NCBI GenBank assembly: GCA_964408805.1
Contig: CAYPAV010000016.1
Location: forward strand, 23,006-87,005
DNA length: 64,000 nt
Direction of reading: 5' to 3'
Origin: an uncultured Rhodospirillaceae bacterium
GTDB taxonomy: Bacteria; Pseudomonadota; Alphaproteobacteria; UBA8366
Under the pieces are notes generated by a model. The model was not told where the DNA came from. It did no database searches and worked only from the letters and a program-made list of their open reading frames with translations. Numbering within the stretch: position 1 is the stretch's first letter; every line of letters begins with the position of its first letter. The translations under genes were made by a program, and so were the position numbers. Below are positions 50,408-60,607 of this stretch, piece by piece.

Positions 50408-52540
50408 TTGAAAGCAGGGGCAATATATTTCGGCTGGTTTCTGTTGGTGATGCTCGGCCTTACCGGGTCGGCCGCCGCGGCCGATCGGACGGGCGCGCGC
50501 GGCCTTTCGGACAGCACCAGCCCCTATCTTCGCCGTCACGCCGCGGACCTCGTCCAATGGCGGGGTTGGGGACCAGCCGCCTTCGCCGAGGCGGCGGCGA
50601 AAGACAGAGTGATCTTCCTTTCGATCGGCTATTCGGCCTGCCATTGGTGCCACGTAATGCAACGAGACAACTTCGCCAATCCGAAGACGGCGGCGCTGCT
50701 GAACAAGACCTTCGTCAACATCCTGATCGATCGCGAACAATTCCCCGAGGTCGACCGCATCTATCAACACGCCGCCGAACGCATGGGGCTGCCCTATGGC
50801 TGGCCGCTCAACTTCTTTCTGACGCCGAAAGGAATTCCCCTCTACGCCGGCACCTATTTCCCGCCAAAACCGCGCATGGGATTGCCGGCCTTCACCGTGA
50901 TCGCGCGCATCGTCGCCACCAGCTATCGCCACGAGCGCGAGATCGTCGAAACCCAAGGCGCCGGTCTTGTCGCCTCCCTGCACGCCGCCATCGCCGATCA
51001 AACCGGGCGATTGAGCGAAGAGGGATTGCGGGATGCCGCCGAAAAACTGCTCGCCTCGGTCGACCGAAGAAGCGGGGGCTTCGGCGATGCCATGAAATTC
51101 ACCCATTTCCCGTCGGTCACCGCCCTTTGGCGGGCCTATCTTCGTACCGGAAAGACGCGATCTCGGGAGGCCGTTGCCTTGACCCTTCGCGGCATGACGC
51201 GGGGCGGGCTCTACGACCATATCGGCGGCGGCTTCGCGCGCTTCGCCATCGATCCCGAATGGGAGATCCCGCATTTCGAGAAGATGCTCGACACCAACGC
51301 CCAGGCCGTGGAGCTGATGACGGCGGTATGGCGCGAGACCCGGGACCCCGCCCTCGAGCGCCGTATCGAGGAGACCGCGGGGTTTATCATCCGCGAACTC
51401 GGCCATAAGGGAAGTGCCTTCAAGGCGGGACTCGATTCCGATGGCGAGACGGGCGAAGGCGCCTATTACGTCTGGCGGGCGGCGGAGATCGACAAGCTGC
51501 TCGCGGCCGAGGCGCCCCTCTTCAAACAGGCCTTCGGGATCGAACCAGCGGGAAATTGGGTCGATGGACTGAACATTCTTCGCCGGACGAAGGCCGATGA
51601 CGAGGCGATCGCCAAAGAATTGGGCATTCCCGTCACGGCGCTCTGGCCGCGCCTTCGCGACATGCTCGGTCGCCTGCGCGCCGCCCGGGCCAAGCGGCCC
51701 CGACCCTTCACGGACAATAAGATACTCGCCGATTGGAACGGCCGCGCGATCGCGGCCCTGGTCGAGGCGGGCCGGACCTTCGACCGGCCCGCCTGGCTCG
51801 ACCGGGCGCGCAAAGCCTATGGGTTTGTCGTCAGGCATCTTTCGATCAAGGGCCGTCTCGCCCATTCCTGGTACAAAGGCATCGCCGAACCCGGCGCGCG
51901 GCTTGGCGACTATGCGGAGATGATGCGCGCCGCGCTCATCCTGCATCAGGCGACCGGCGAAGACGCCTATCTCGCCGACGCCAAACGCTGGCTGAAGGAA
52001 GCCGCCTCGCTTCGCGACCCCGGCAAAGACGGCTATTTCCTGGTCGGGGCCGATGAAGGCGGCCCCCTGCCTCGCCTGAAGCTCGGCTTCGATGCGTTGA
52101 TGCCGTCCGCCAATGCGGTCATGGCGGCCAATCTAGGGACCCTCCATCTTCTCACGGGAGACGCCCGATACCGCAAACAAGCGGAGGCGATTCTGACGCT
52201 CTTCTTTTGGGCGGCTCGACAGGAACCACTGACTTATGGCGCTCTCCTGAATGCGGGCGACCTGTTGTTGAACGGGACCCGGGTGGTGATCATCGGCCAC
52301 CGTGAAGAAACTGGAACGAAGGCGCTCCTCAAGACGGCCTGGCGCACCAGCCTCGCCGGCCGCGTGATCACGAACGTTGCGTCGGATGCGGCACGCCGCC
52401 CCGCCCGCTGGATGAAGGATCTCCGACGGATCCAGGGCAAGCCCACGGCTTTCTTATGCGACGAGACGACTTGTTCGGCGCCAATGACCGACGCCGCCGC
52501 ACTGCATCGCGAATTGCTGAAGTTCCGCCGTGCTAAATAG
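50408..52540 (+). CDS. Thioredoxin-domain (DUF255) / six-hairpin glycosidase-like YyaL family protein with signal peptide
   Basis: SPYL..HA..V.W..WG, SIGYSACHWCHVM, YAGTYFP, GGLYDH.GGGF.R, PHFEKML and DNKIL..WNG. TTG 50408 follows GGAGGT. Confidence 0.88.
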   Translation: MKAGAIYFGWFLLVMLGLTGSAAAADRTGARGLSDSTSPYLRRHAADLVQWRGWGPAAFAEAAAKDRVIFLSIGYSACHWCHVMQRDNFANPKTAALLNKTFVNILIDREQFPEVDRIYQHAAERMGLPYGWPLNFFLTPKGIPLYAGTYFPPKPRMGLPAFTVIARIVATSYRHEREIVETQGAGLVASLHAAIADQTGRLSEEGLRDAAEKLLASVDRRSGGFGDAMKFTHFPSVTALWRAYLRTGKTRSREAVALTLRGMTRGGLYDHIGGGFARFAIDPEWEIPHFEKMLDTNAQAVELMTAVWRETRDPALERRIEETAGFIIRELGHKGSAFKAGLDSDGETGEGAYYVWRAAEIDKLLAAEAPLFKQAFGIEPAGNWVDGLNILRRTKADDEAIAKELGIPVTALWPRLRDMLGRLRAARAKRPRPFTDNKILADWNGRAIAALVEAGRTFDRPAWLDRARKAYGFVVRHLSIKGRLAHSWYKGIAEPGARLGDYAEMMRAALILHQATGEDAYLADAKRWLKEAASLRDPGKDGYFLVGADEGGPLPRLKLGFDALMPSANAVMAANLGTLHLLTGDARYRKQAEAILTLFFWAARQEPLTYGALLNAGDLLLNGTRVVIIGHREETGTKALLKTAWRTSLAGRVITNVASDAARRPARWMKDLRRIQGKPTAFLCDETTCSAPMTDAAALHRELLKFRRAK

Positions 52541-52653
52541 GCAAGAGGCGTAAGACCCATCCCGCTGGCCGATCGGCGGAATGGCGATAAGTCTGTTCTG
52601 GAAATAATTTCGTGCGATTATGCGTTCCGACGTGAAACCGGGAGAGCGGGCTC

Positions 52654-54366
52654 TTGAAGAATATCAATGACGGCGGCGAGGCGATCCTTGAGGCGTTTCG
52701 TAATCTCGACGTGGAATATGTCATTTCCTCGCCGGGCTCCGAGTGGGCACCGTTCTGGGAAGCCTTGGCGCGGCAGAAGCGGGACGGAGCCGACGGGCCC
52801 ACCTATATGGATTGCGGGCACGAGATTCTCGCGGTCACCATGGCGGCGGCCTATACGAATATCACCGGGCGCATGCAGGCGGTGCTGCTCCATGCGGGTG
52901 CGGGGCTGATGCAAGGCTCGATGGCAGTCGCGGCCACGCGGGCGATGGAGACGCCGATGCTGGTAATGTCCGGCGAGACGCTCGGCTACGGCGAAAGCGA
53001 CGATTTCGATCCCGGCTCGCAATGGTATCGCAACCTCTCCACCCCCGGCGGCGCGCAGCGGCTGCTCGACCCGATGGTGAAATGGTCGCAACAGGTTCCG
53101 GCCGCCGAAACCCTCTATGAAAGCGTCCTTCGCGCCGGCGAGATGGCGCAGCGCACTCCCATGGGCCCGACCTATCTCTGCGTCTCGATGGAGACGATGA
53201 TCGAGGCCTGGCCGCGCCCGGAGGTGCTGCGCAAGGTCCCGCGGGCACCGAAGCGCCAACCGACGCCGGAAGACATCAAAGAGATCGCGACCATGATCGC
53301 CCAGGCGAAGATGCCGGTGATCTCGGCCGAGAACGCGGGCCCGAGCAACGAGGCCTTCGATGCCCTGGTGGCGCTGGCGGACCGGATGGCGATCCCCGTG
53401 GTCGAGGGTCAGGGCGGCTTCTATGCCAATTTCCCGAAATCGCACGACCTTTACCTCGGAACCCTGATCAATCCTCTTCTTGACGAGACGGACCTCGTCC
53501 TCCTCGTCGAGAGCCGAGCCCCCTGGTATCCGCCGAGTAATGTGCCGCCGAACCTCCCCGTCGTCGCGATCGCGGAGAATCCGCTGAAATCCCAGATGGT
53601 CTACCAGGTCATGAATGCGGGGCGCTATCTGGAAGGTGACCCGGCGATCACGCTTCGCCTGCTGCTGGAAGAGCTCGACCGGCTCGGCTTCGACGAAGCG
53701 CAGGTCGAGACGCGGCGGAAACACTGGCGGGAGGCCCATGGGCGCTGGCGGGACGGCCTCCGCGCGACGGAGAAAAAGGCCGCCGGCGAGGACCACATCA
53801 CCGTGCCCCATCTTATGAAGACGCTCCGCGAAGTGATGCCGGAAGAAACGAGCTATGTGGACGAGACCATCGTCCATTCGAGTACCATTCGCGACCACAC
53901 GATGTGGGACGACACACAGACCTATTACCGCGCCCCGAGCGGCCTCGGCCAAGGGCTCGGCTACGCGCTCGGCGTCAAGCTGGCACTTCCGGAGCGCAAT
54001 ATCGTGGCGATGCTCGGCGACGGTACCTATATGTACAACCCGGTCGTACCCGCGATCGCCTTCGCCGATGAGCACGACCTGCCGCTCCTCATCATCGTTC
54101 TCAACAACATGAAATACGCGGCGATGCAGCACTTCCACGACCAGTTCTATCCGAACGGCACATCGCGCGCGGAACAGGACTATTACGGCGTCCACATCAA
54201 GGGCCCGAAATACGAGGAGGCCGCCCAGATGGTTGACGGCTATGCGAAGCGAGTCGAGAACCCGGCCGAACTGAAAGGCGCCCTGGAAGAAGCCCTGGCC
54301 GCCATCCAGGGCGGCAAGACCGCCATCCTCAACGTGATCATGCCGGGCCAAGGAGCGCTCCGATAA
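52654..54366 (+). CDS. Thiamine-diphosphate-dependent enzyme (acetolactate synthase/decarboxylase-like)
   Basis: PGSEW, GHE (catalytic Glu), G.LG-type SGLGQGLG and GDG-x24-NN ThDP motif. Confidence 0.9.
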   Translation: MKNINDGGEAILEAFRNLDVEYVISSPGSEWAPFWEALARQKRDGADGPTYMDCGHEILAVTMAAAYTNITGRMQAVLLHAGAGLMQGSMAVAATRAMETPMLVMSGETLGYGESDDFDPGSQWYRNLSTPGGAQRLLDPMVKWSQQVPAAETLYESVLRAGEMAQRTPMGPTYLCVSMETMIEAWPRPEVLRKVPRAPKRQPTPEDIKEIATMIAQAKMPVISAENAGPSNEAFDALVALADRMAIPVVEGQGGFYANFPKSHDLYLGTLINPLLDETDLVLLVESRAPWYPPSNVPPNLPVVAIAENPLKSQMVYQVMNAGRYLEGDPAITLRLLLEELDRLGFDEAQVETRRKHWREAHGRWRDGLRATEKKAAGEDHITVPHLMKTLREVMPEETSYVDETIVHSSTIRDHTMWDDTQTYYRAPSGLGQGLGYALGVKLALPERNIVAMLGDGTYMYNPVVPAIAFADEHDLPLLIIVLNNMKYAAMQHFHDQFYPNGTSRAEQDYYGVHIKGPKYEEAAQMVDGYAKRVENPAELKGALEEALAAIQGGKTAILNVIMPGQGALR

Positions 54367-54390
54367 TCGGGGTGCCGGCATGACGATGCC

Positions 54391-55371
54391 ATGAATCACG
54401 GCGGAGATTTGGCCGCGGCCGAAGCCCGCTTCGGACGCCCGGCAGAGCAATGGCTCGATCTCTCGACCGGGATCAATCCGAACGCCTACCCGGTTCCGAG
54501 CATCGACCCGGCTCTGTTCCAAAGCCTCCCGCAAGCAACGGGCGAAGCGAAGCTGTTGGCCGCGGCCGCCGCCTACTTTCGCGCCGCACCCGAGGCGGCT
54601 CTCACCGCGGCACCCGGAACCCAGGCGCTCATTCAATGGCTACCCAGACTAAGGGCCGAGAGCCGTATCGGCGTTCTCGGCCCGACCTATGGAGAGCACG
54701 AGATCTGCTGGCGCGCCGCCGGGCACACTGTCGAGATCTTGACCGAGCTGCCGGTACATCCGGCCGTCGATGTCTGCGTGGTCGTCAATCCCAATTCGCC
54801 GGACGGCCGCCGGCACGATGCGGAAGCGCTCCAGTCCTTGGCGCGGCAATTGGCCGAAAAGGGCGGATGGCTGGTCGTCGACGAATCCTTCGCCGACCCG
54901 CATCCCGAACTTAGCCTCACCGGTTCGGCGGGGGCAGATGGGCTGATCCTCTTGCGATCCTTTGGGAAGTTCTTCGGTTTGGCGGGCCTCCGCCTTGGAT
55001 TCGCGATGGGCGACACATCGATCGTGGAACCCATTCGCGGCGCGATCGGTCCTTGGGCGGTGTCCGGTCCGGCGATGGAAATCGGCGGCCGCGCGATGCG
55101 AGATTCGGAATGGATCGCCGCGACACGAGCGACCTTACGAGCGCTTGCGGAGAGATTGGACCGAATGCTCACCGATCACGGGCTGGCGGTCATCGGCGGC
55201 ACCGATCTCTTCAGGTTGGTCGAGCACGCCGATGCGAAGGACCTTTTCCGAAGGCTCGCCGAACGGGGCATCTTGACGCGCGCGTTCGATTTTCGCGACG
55301 ACTGGCTCCGCTTTGGTTTCCCCGGAGGCGACGCGGATTTCGAACGTCTCGACGCCGGCTTGAGCGCGTAA
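54391..55371 (+). CDS. cobD: L-threonine-O-3-phosphate decarboxylase
   Basis: HGGDL, WLDLSTGINP, VVNPNSPDG, VDESF and RSFGKFFGLAGLRLGF (PLP Lys). Confidence 0.92.
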   Translation: MNHGGDLAAAEARFGRPAEQWLDLSTGINPNAYPVPSIDPALFQSLPQATGEAKLLAAAAAYFRAAPEAALTAAPGTQALIQWLPRLRAESRIGVLGPTYGEHEICWRAAGHTVEILTELPVHPAVDVCVVVNPNSPDGRRHDAEALQSLARQLAEKGGWLVVDESFADPHPELSLTGSAGADGLILLRSFGKFFGLAGLRLGFAMGDTSIVEPIRGAIGPWAVSGPAMEIGGRAMRDSEWIAATRATLRALAERLDRMLTDHGLAVIGGTDLFRLVEHADAKDLFRRLAERGILTRAFDFRDDWLRFGFPGGDADFERLDAGLSA

Positions 55372-55375
55372 CCCT

Positions 55376-56689
55376 TCATGCGCGGTCGACCAGATGGAGA
55401 AATGAGCCGGCGACATTGCCCGCCCGGGCACCGACGGCGCTGCGTCCGGACCCCAGCGCGTCCTCCACTCTGAATAGCTGGTCGCTCCCGGTTTCCCAAA
55501 CCACCGAAGCGTAATGAAATTCGTGCCCGCGAAATTGCGTGCCCTTGGGACCGAACGGACATGCCTCGATCAATTCCGCCCGGCGGTAACCGAGATGCAG
55601 TTCGCGCTCGGCAAAGGACGTCTCGAGCCGCAACAAACCGGCCATCCGGTGGCGCCGACCGTCGGCATCGGTAAGGGAATCGCCCAGCACCATATAGCCG
55701 CCGCATTCGCCGAAGACGAAAGCATCCCGCTCGGCGGCCCCGCGAAGCCCGGACATGAACCGGTCATGCCCGGCAAGACGGCCCGCATGGAGCTCCGGAT
55801 ACCCACCCGGAAGATAGACCGCATCCGCCTCGTCGGGCGGGGCCTCGTCGCCAAGGGGCGAGAAAAACGCGATCTCGGAGCCGGCGCGCCGCCAGCCCTC
55901 CAACACATGGGGATAGGCAAAGGAAAACGCCGCGTCCCGGGCAACGGCGATTTTTTGGCCGATCGGCGGGAGCGAGGATCGTTCCGTCCCGCCGCCGATC
56001 ACGGCCGGCCGCGCCAGCGAGGATACCTTCTCGGCATCGACATGCGCCGACAAAATCTCCACCGCCTGGTCCAAGAAATCGTCCAAGCTTTCATGTTCCG
56101 ACGCTTGAACCAGACCGAGATGCCGATCCGGCAGGGCCAAGGCCTCGGATCTGGGCAGCGTACCAAGGACCGGAACCGCTTCATCCGCCATCGCCCGCGC
56201 CAATAACTCGGCGTGCCGCGGGCCGCCGACCCGATTGAAGACGACGCCGGCCACCTCGACATCTTTCCGGTAGCCGGCGAGGCCCCGGACGATCGCGGCG
56301 GCGGTCGCCGCCTGTCCACCGACATCGATCGCGAGTACGACCGGAAACCCGGTCATGGCGGAGACGTCGGCGGTGGAACCGGTGCCGTCGGCGGCACCGT
56401 CGAAAAGACCCATGACGCCTTCGCCGATGACGATATCCGCATCCCCGGCAATGTCCTCGACCACGGCGGCGATAGTCTCGCCCCGCATTGCCCAGGCATC
56501 GATATTGCGACAGGCTCGGCCGGTTGCCGCTTCATGGAAGCGGCCATCGATATAATCCGGCCCCACCTTGAATGACGAGACGCGGTGACCTTTGCCGGCC
56601 AGGCACCGCAACAGGGCCAACGTCAAGATCGTCTTGCCGCTACCCGAGGCAGGGGCGGCGACGATCAGGCCGCGTGGCGCCAACGTCAC
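55376..56689 (-). CDS. cobB: Cobyrinate a,c-diamide synthase
   Basis: SGSGKT, FKVGPDYID, EGVMGLFDG, RHLGLV, GGYPE, ECGG and HEFHY. Confidence 0.93.
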   Translation of the reverse strand: MTLAPRGLIVAAPASGSGKTILTLALLRCLAGKGHRVSSFKVGPDYIDGRFHEAATGRACRNIDAWAMRGETIAAVVEDIAGDADIVIGEGVMGLFDGAADGTGSTADVSAMTGFPVVLAIDVGGQAATAAAIVRGLAGYRKDVEVAGVVFNRVGGPRHAELLARAMADEAVPVLGTLPRSEALALPDRHLGLVQASEHESLDDFLDQAVEILSAHVDAEKVSSLARPAVIGGGTERSSLPPIGQKIAVARDAAFSFAYPHVLEGWRRAGSEIAFFSPLGDEAPPDEADAVYLPGGYPELHAGRLAGHDRFMSGLRGAAERDAFVFGECGGYMVLGDSLTDADGRRHRMAGLLRLETSFAERELHLGYRRAELIEACPFGPKGTQFRGHEFHYASVVWETGSDQLFRVEDALGSGRSAVGARAGNVAGSFLHLVDRA

Positions 56690-56693
56690 GGGA

Positions 56694-57533
56694 TCAACCG
56701 GTCTTGGGAAAGGCGTGCGTTCCAAGCGGGTTCGCATCCAATCGCTTGCCCGCCAGCGCCCCCAGCCAGTCTAGGCCCGCGCGCAAACGCACCACCTCGC
56801 CGACGACGAACAAGGCGGGTGGTGCCAACCCGGCCGCTTTCGCATCCTCCGCGCAGTCGGCGAGCGTCGTTTCCAACACGCGTTGTTCCTCGGTCGTCGC
56901 TTTCGAGATCACGGCGACGGGCTCGGCCGCATCCCGGCCGCCCGCGATCAGCCGCGCCGAAATATTCGCCAGATGCTTCAACGGCATGTAGACCACGATG
57001 ACGTTCGACCCCTTGGCGACGGCGGCCCAATCGACACTGTCCGGCACCACGCCGGCGGCGTTGTGGCCGGTCACGAAGGTCACCGATGAATTTGTGTCGC
57101 GATGGGTCAGCGGGATGCCCGCATAGGCGAGGCCGCCCACCCCGGCGCTGACGCCTGGAATGATGCGAAAATCGACCCCGGCCTCGACCAGCGCCATCGC
57201 TTCCTCGGCGCCGCGGCCGAAGATCAGGGGATCGCCGCCCTTCAAGCGCAGCACGCGTTTGCCGTCGCGCGCCAATTGGATCAGCCGATGAGAGATCGCG
57301 GCCTGCGTCGGCGACGGCTTGCCGCCGCGCTTGCCCGCATATTCCAACGCCGTCCCCTTGGGCACCAGCGAGAGCACGTCCTGGCTCACCAACGCGTCGT
57401 AGATGACGACGTCCGCCTGTTCGAGCCCCCTGGCGGCATAGAGCGTCAACAAGCCCGGATCGCCCGGCCCCGCGCCCGCAAGCCAGACCCAGCCAGGTTC
57501 CAAGGATGGCAAGGAATATCCGTCGGCACTCAT
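56694..57533 (-). CDS. cobA: Uroporphyrinogen-III C-methyltransferase
   Basis: GAGPGDPGLLT, YDALV, RLKGGDP.IFGRG.EE, PGVSA and P.THR. Confidence 0.94.
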   Translation of the reverse strand: MSADGYSLPSLEPGWVWLAGAGPGDPGLLTLYAARGLEQADVVIYDALVSQDVLSLVPKGTALEYAGKRGGKPSPTQAAISHRLIQLARDGKRVLRLKGGDPLIFGRGAEEAMALVEAGVDFRIIPGVSAGVGGLAYAGIPLTHRDTNSSVTFVTGHNAAGVVPDSVDWAAVAKGSNVIVVYMPLKHLANISARLIAGGRDAAEPVAVISKATTEEQRVLETTLADCAEDAKAAGLAPPALFVVGEVVRLRAGLDWLGALAGKRLDANPLGTHAFPKTG

Positions 57534-57596
57534 TGCCAAAATCTACACCGTGCACGGAGCTAGGCAAAGAGGCGGCAAAGCCGCTAAATTCCCGGC

Positions 57597-58682
57597 ATGG
57601 CACGAAAACCGGAAGGTCCCTTGCGACGCGGCTGGACGACGGGGGCTTGCGCCACCGCCGCGGCGCGGGCCGCCTATACGGCCCTTCTCACGGGCCGCTT
57701 TCCGGATCCTGTACAGATCACCTTGCCGAAGGGTCAGACACCCAGTTTCGCGCTGGCGAAACAGGTCCTCGGCGAAGACCGCGCGACCGCGGGAATCATC
57801 AAGGACGCCGGCGACGATCCCGATGTCAGCCACGACGCCCTGATCATGGTTCAGGTCAAGCACGCACCGCCGAAAAGCGGCGTCTCCTTCGTCGCCGGCG
57901 ACGGGGTCGGCACCGTCACCCGGGAGGGCTTGGAACTTGCCGTCGGTGAGCCCGCGATCAATCCGGTGCCACGGCGCATGATGCAAGCGACGATCGCAGA
58001 GGTGGCCCGAGAATTTGGCGGTTCCGGAGACGTGGAGATCGAAATTTCCATCCGCGACGGCGAGACGATGGCAGAAAAAACGATGAACGGCCGGCTCGGG
58101 ATCGTCGGTGGACTCTCTATCCTGGGCACCACCGGAATCGTAATCCCGTTCTCCTGCGCCTCCTGGATCCATTCGATCCACCAGGGGATCGATGTCGCGC
58201 GGGCAGGTGGTATCGAGCATGTCGCGGGCGGCACTGGCCGGACCTCGGAAGCGGCCGTCCAGGCGCTTTACGACCTTTCGGATCAGGCCTTGATTGATAT
58301 GGGCGACTTCGCGGGCGGCATGTTGAAATACCTCCGCGATCATCCAATTCCGCGCGTAACCATCGCTGGCGGCATCGCCAAGATCTCGAAGCTGGCGGAT
58401 GGATATCTCGACCTTCATTCGGGGCGCAGTGAGGTCGATTTCGAGCAACTGGCGAAGTTGGCGGAAGAATTGGGCGCGGACGCGGCACAAATGACCCAAA
58501 TTCAAGCGGCCAACACGGCGCGTCAGGTCGCCGAGATTTGCCGTCAGGCGGATATCCCGATTGCCGATGCCCTCGCCGGACGCGCCCGCGACGTGGCGGC
58601 CGGTCTGTTGTCGGCAGCAACGACCGTCGAGGTTCTGATCTTTGATCGGAACGGCGAACTTGCCGGACGATCCGATGGCTGA
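57597..58682 (+). CDS. cbiD: Cobalt-precorrin-5B (C1)-methyltransferase
   Basis: LRRGWTTGACATAA, KDAGDDPD, AINPVPR, T.NGRLGI.GGLSILGTTG and MGDF.G. Confidence 0.95.
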   Translation: MARKPEGPLRRGWTTGACATAAARAAYTALLTGRFPDPVQITLPKGQTPSFALAKQVLGEDRATAGIIKDAGDDPDVSHDALIMVQVKHAPPKSGVSFVAGDGVGTVTREGLELAVGEPAINPVPRRMMQATIAEVAREFGGSGDVEIEISIRDGETMAEKTMNGRLGIVGGLSILGTTGIVIPFSCASWIHSIHQGIDVARAGGIEHVAGGTGRTSEAAVQALYDLSDQALIDMGDFAGGMLKYLRDHPIPRVTIAGGIAKISKLADGYLDLHSGRSEVDFEQLAKLAEELGADAAQMTQIQAANTARQVAEICRQADIPIADALAGRARDVAAGLLSAATTVEVLIFDRNGELAGRSDG

Positions 58683-59439
58683 GAGGCCCAAACCGTTGAT
58701 CCTCGGCGGCACGCGAGACGCGCTCGATCTCGCCGAGGCGCTCCACAATCGGGGCAACTTCGATGTTGTCACCTCCCTTGCGGGCCGGACATCCGCGCCA
58801 ATCCGACCGAAAGGGCGGTTGCGTGTCGGCGGTTTCGGGGGTTCCGCCGGCTTGGTGGCGTATCTCAACGACGAGGGAATCGCCCTGCTGGTCGACGCAA
58901 CCCATCCCTTCGCGGCCACGATCAGTGCCAATGCCGCGGCCGCAACCGAAGAGACCAACGTCCCGCGCCTCGTCCTCGCGCGCCCGGAATGGCAACAGGT
59001 GGCGGGAGACGAATGGATCGACGTCGCTTCGCCCGAGGACGCAGCGCGGCATCTCGCTCCCCTGGGCGGGCGCGTTTTTCTCAGCGTCGGGCGGCAGGAT
59101 CTCGGTTCCTTTGCGAATTGCCGCAACACCTGGTTCCTGCTGCGCACCATCGAACCCCTCGGCAACGATGTTCCGCTCGAAGCACATGAAGCGATCATCG
59201 GACGCGGTCCCTTCTCGCACGACGACGAACGAGCTCTGCTTGAACGCTACGCGATAGACCGTATCGTCTCGCGAAACAGCGGCGGCACGGCAACCCAGGG
59301 CAAGCTCTCGGCGGCGCGGGCCCTCGGACGTCCCGTCGTCATGATCCGCCGCCCACTCGTCCCAAAGGGTGATGTCGTCGATACGGTGGAAAAAGCGGTC
59401 CGGTGGGTGGAGGCCGCCGCGCTACGCCACCGGTTTTGA
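58675..59439 (+). CDS. cobK: (Cobalt-)precorrin-6A reductase
   Basis: LILGGT, SLAGRT, GGFGG, DATHPFA, GPF and NSGG. Confidence 0.93.
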   Translation: MAERPKPLILGGTRDALDLAEALHNRGNFDVVTSLAGRTSAPIRPKGRLRVGGFGGSAGLVAYLNDEGIALLVDATHPFAATISANAAAATEETNVPRLVLARPEWQQVAGDEWIDVASPEDAARHLAPLGGRVFLSVGRQDLGSFANCRNTWFLLRTIEPLGNDVPLEAHEAIIGRGPFSHDDERALLERYAIDRIVSRNSGGTATQGKLSAARALGRPVVMIRRPLVPKGDVVDTVEKAVRWVEAAALRHRF

Positions 59440-59526
59440 TTTGAATCAATGTACGCCGCCGCTTGATTGCGTAAACTTACCGTCAGCGCAGGACTGAGGG
59501 TCACCAAACCGAAGGGAGATCGGGCG

Positions 59527-60600
59527 ATGAAGTTCGGCCTATTTTATTTGTTCAGCGATTTCGGAAACATATCCCAGGATAAACTCTTCTCGGAAGTGAT
59601 GGAGGAGATCGAGCATGGAGAATCGCTCGGTTTCGAATCCGTCTGGCTGCCGGAACACCATTTCGCCATCTACGGCATGTTGGGCAACCCCTTGTTGCTC
59701 GCGGCCGCGGTGGCGCAGCGCACGAAAACGATGAAGATCGGCACCGCGATTGTCGTCCTTCCGTTGCAGCACCCGCTGCGGGTGGCGGAAGACGCGGCCA
59801 TGGTCGACGCGCTGAGCGGCGGGCGTTTGCTGCTCGGTGTCGGACGCGGCTACCAGCCGCCCGAATTCAAAGGCTTCGACGTGCCCCAGGGCGAATCCTC
59901 GGAGATGTTCGTGGAAAGCTTCGAGATCATCAAGAAGGCCCTGATGGGCGAGACGTTCTCGCATGAGGGCAAGTACTGGAGTTTCAAGGATCCCCTCGAG
60001 ATTTACCCGAAACCCCTCCAGACGCCTCATCCGCCGTTCTACGTGGCCAGCGTCAGCCGGCGCAGTCTGGATGTGGCGGCGCGGTACAACATGTCCTTGA
60101 TGCGCTCACCCCAGTTCAGCAACCTCGACGACGTGGCCTCCGCGTTCGACGAATATTCGGGCCTCATGAGCGGTTATGGAAACGATGCCAAAGCCTTGGA
60201 TCAGCCTGTCTCGATGCGGGTCTATGTCGCGCCGACCGACGAGGAGGCCAGGGCCGAGACCAAGCACGCGCTCTGGTTCTATAACCTCCTCGGCACCCTG
60301 GTGCCGGGCGCCAAGGGACGCGAGGACGTGCCGAAGGGCTATGAGAAATACCCGATGGACCCGGATGCGCTCGCCAAGCTGACCCTGGATGACGTTTGGG
60401 AGCGGGGCACCGCCTTCGGCTCGCCGGAACGGGTCACCGAGATCCTGAAGCACTACATGCACAAGCTCGGTGTCGAGAATTTCATCATCCAGATGCGGAT
60501 CGGCGGTCTGGAGCATGACAAGGTGATGCGGTCGATGAATCTCTTCGCGAACGAGGTGATGCCCGCCCTTCGTGAGGAGGCCCTTCGAATGGCCGCCTGA
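59527..60600 (+). CDS. LLM class flavin-dependent oxidoreductase
   Basis: MKFGLF, VWLPEHHF, HPLRVAED.A.VD.LSGGR..LG.GRGY and GSPE.V. Confidence 0.92.
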   Translation: MKFGLFYLFSDFGNISQDKLFSEVMEEIEHGESLGFESVWLPEHHFAIYGMLGNPLLLAAAVAQRTKTMKIGTAIVVLPLQHPLRVAEDAAMVDALSGGRLLLGVGRGYQPPEFKGFDVPQGESSEMFVESFEIIKKALMGETFSHEGKYWSFKDPLEIYPKPLQTPHPPFYVASVSRRSLDVAARYNMSLMRSPQFSNLDDVASAFDEYSGLMSGYGNDAKALDQPVSMRVYVAPTDEEARAETKHALWFYNLLGTLVPGAKGREDVPKGYEKYPMDPDALAKLTLDDVWERGTAFGSPERVTEILKHYMHKLGVENFIIQMRIGGLEHDKVMRSMNLFANEVMPALREEALRMAA

Positions 60601-60607
60601 ACCGGAG

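Noticed and set aside
49480-51946. 642-aa and 603-aa ORFs spanning the LLM/YyaL junction
   Set aside because: They cross two real genes in opposite or alternate frames and have no recognisable domain.
52618-54636. 672-aa antisense ORF over the ThDP enzyme
   Set aside because: Shadow ORF; the + strand frame carries the ThDP motifs.
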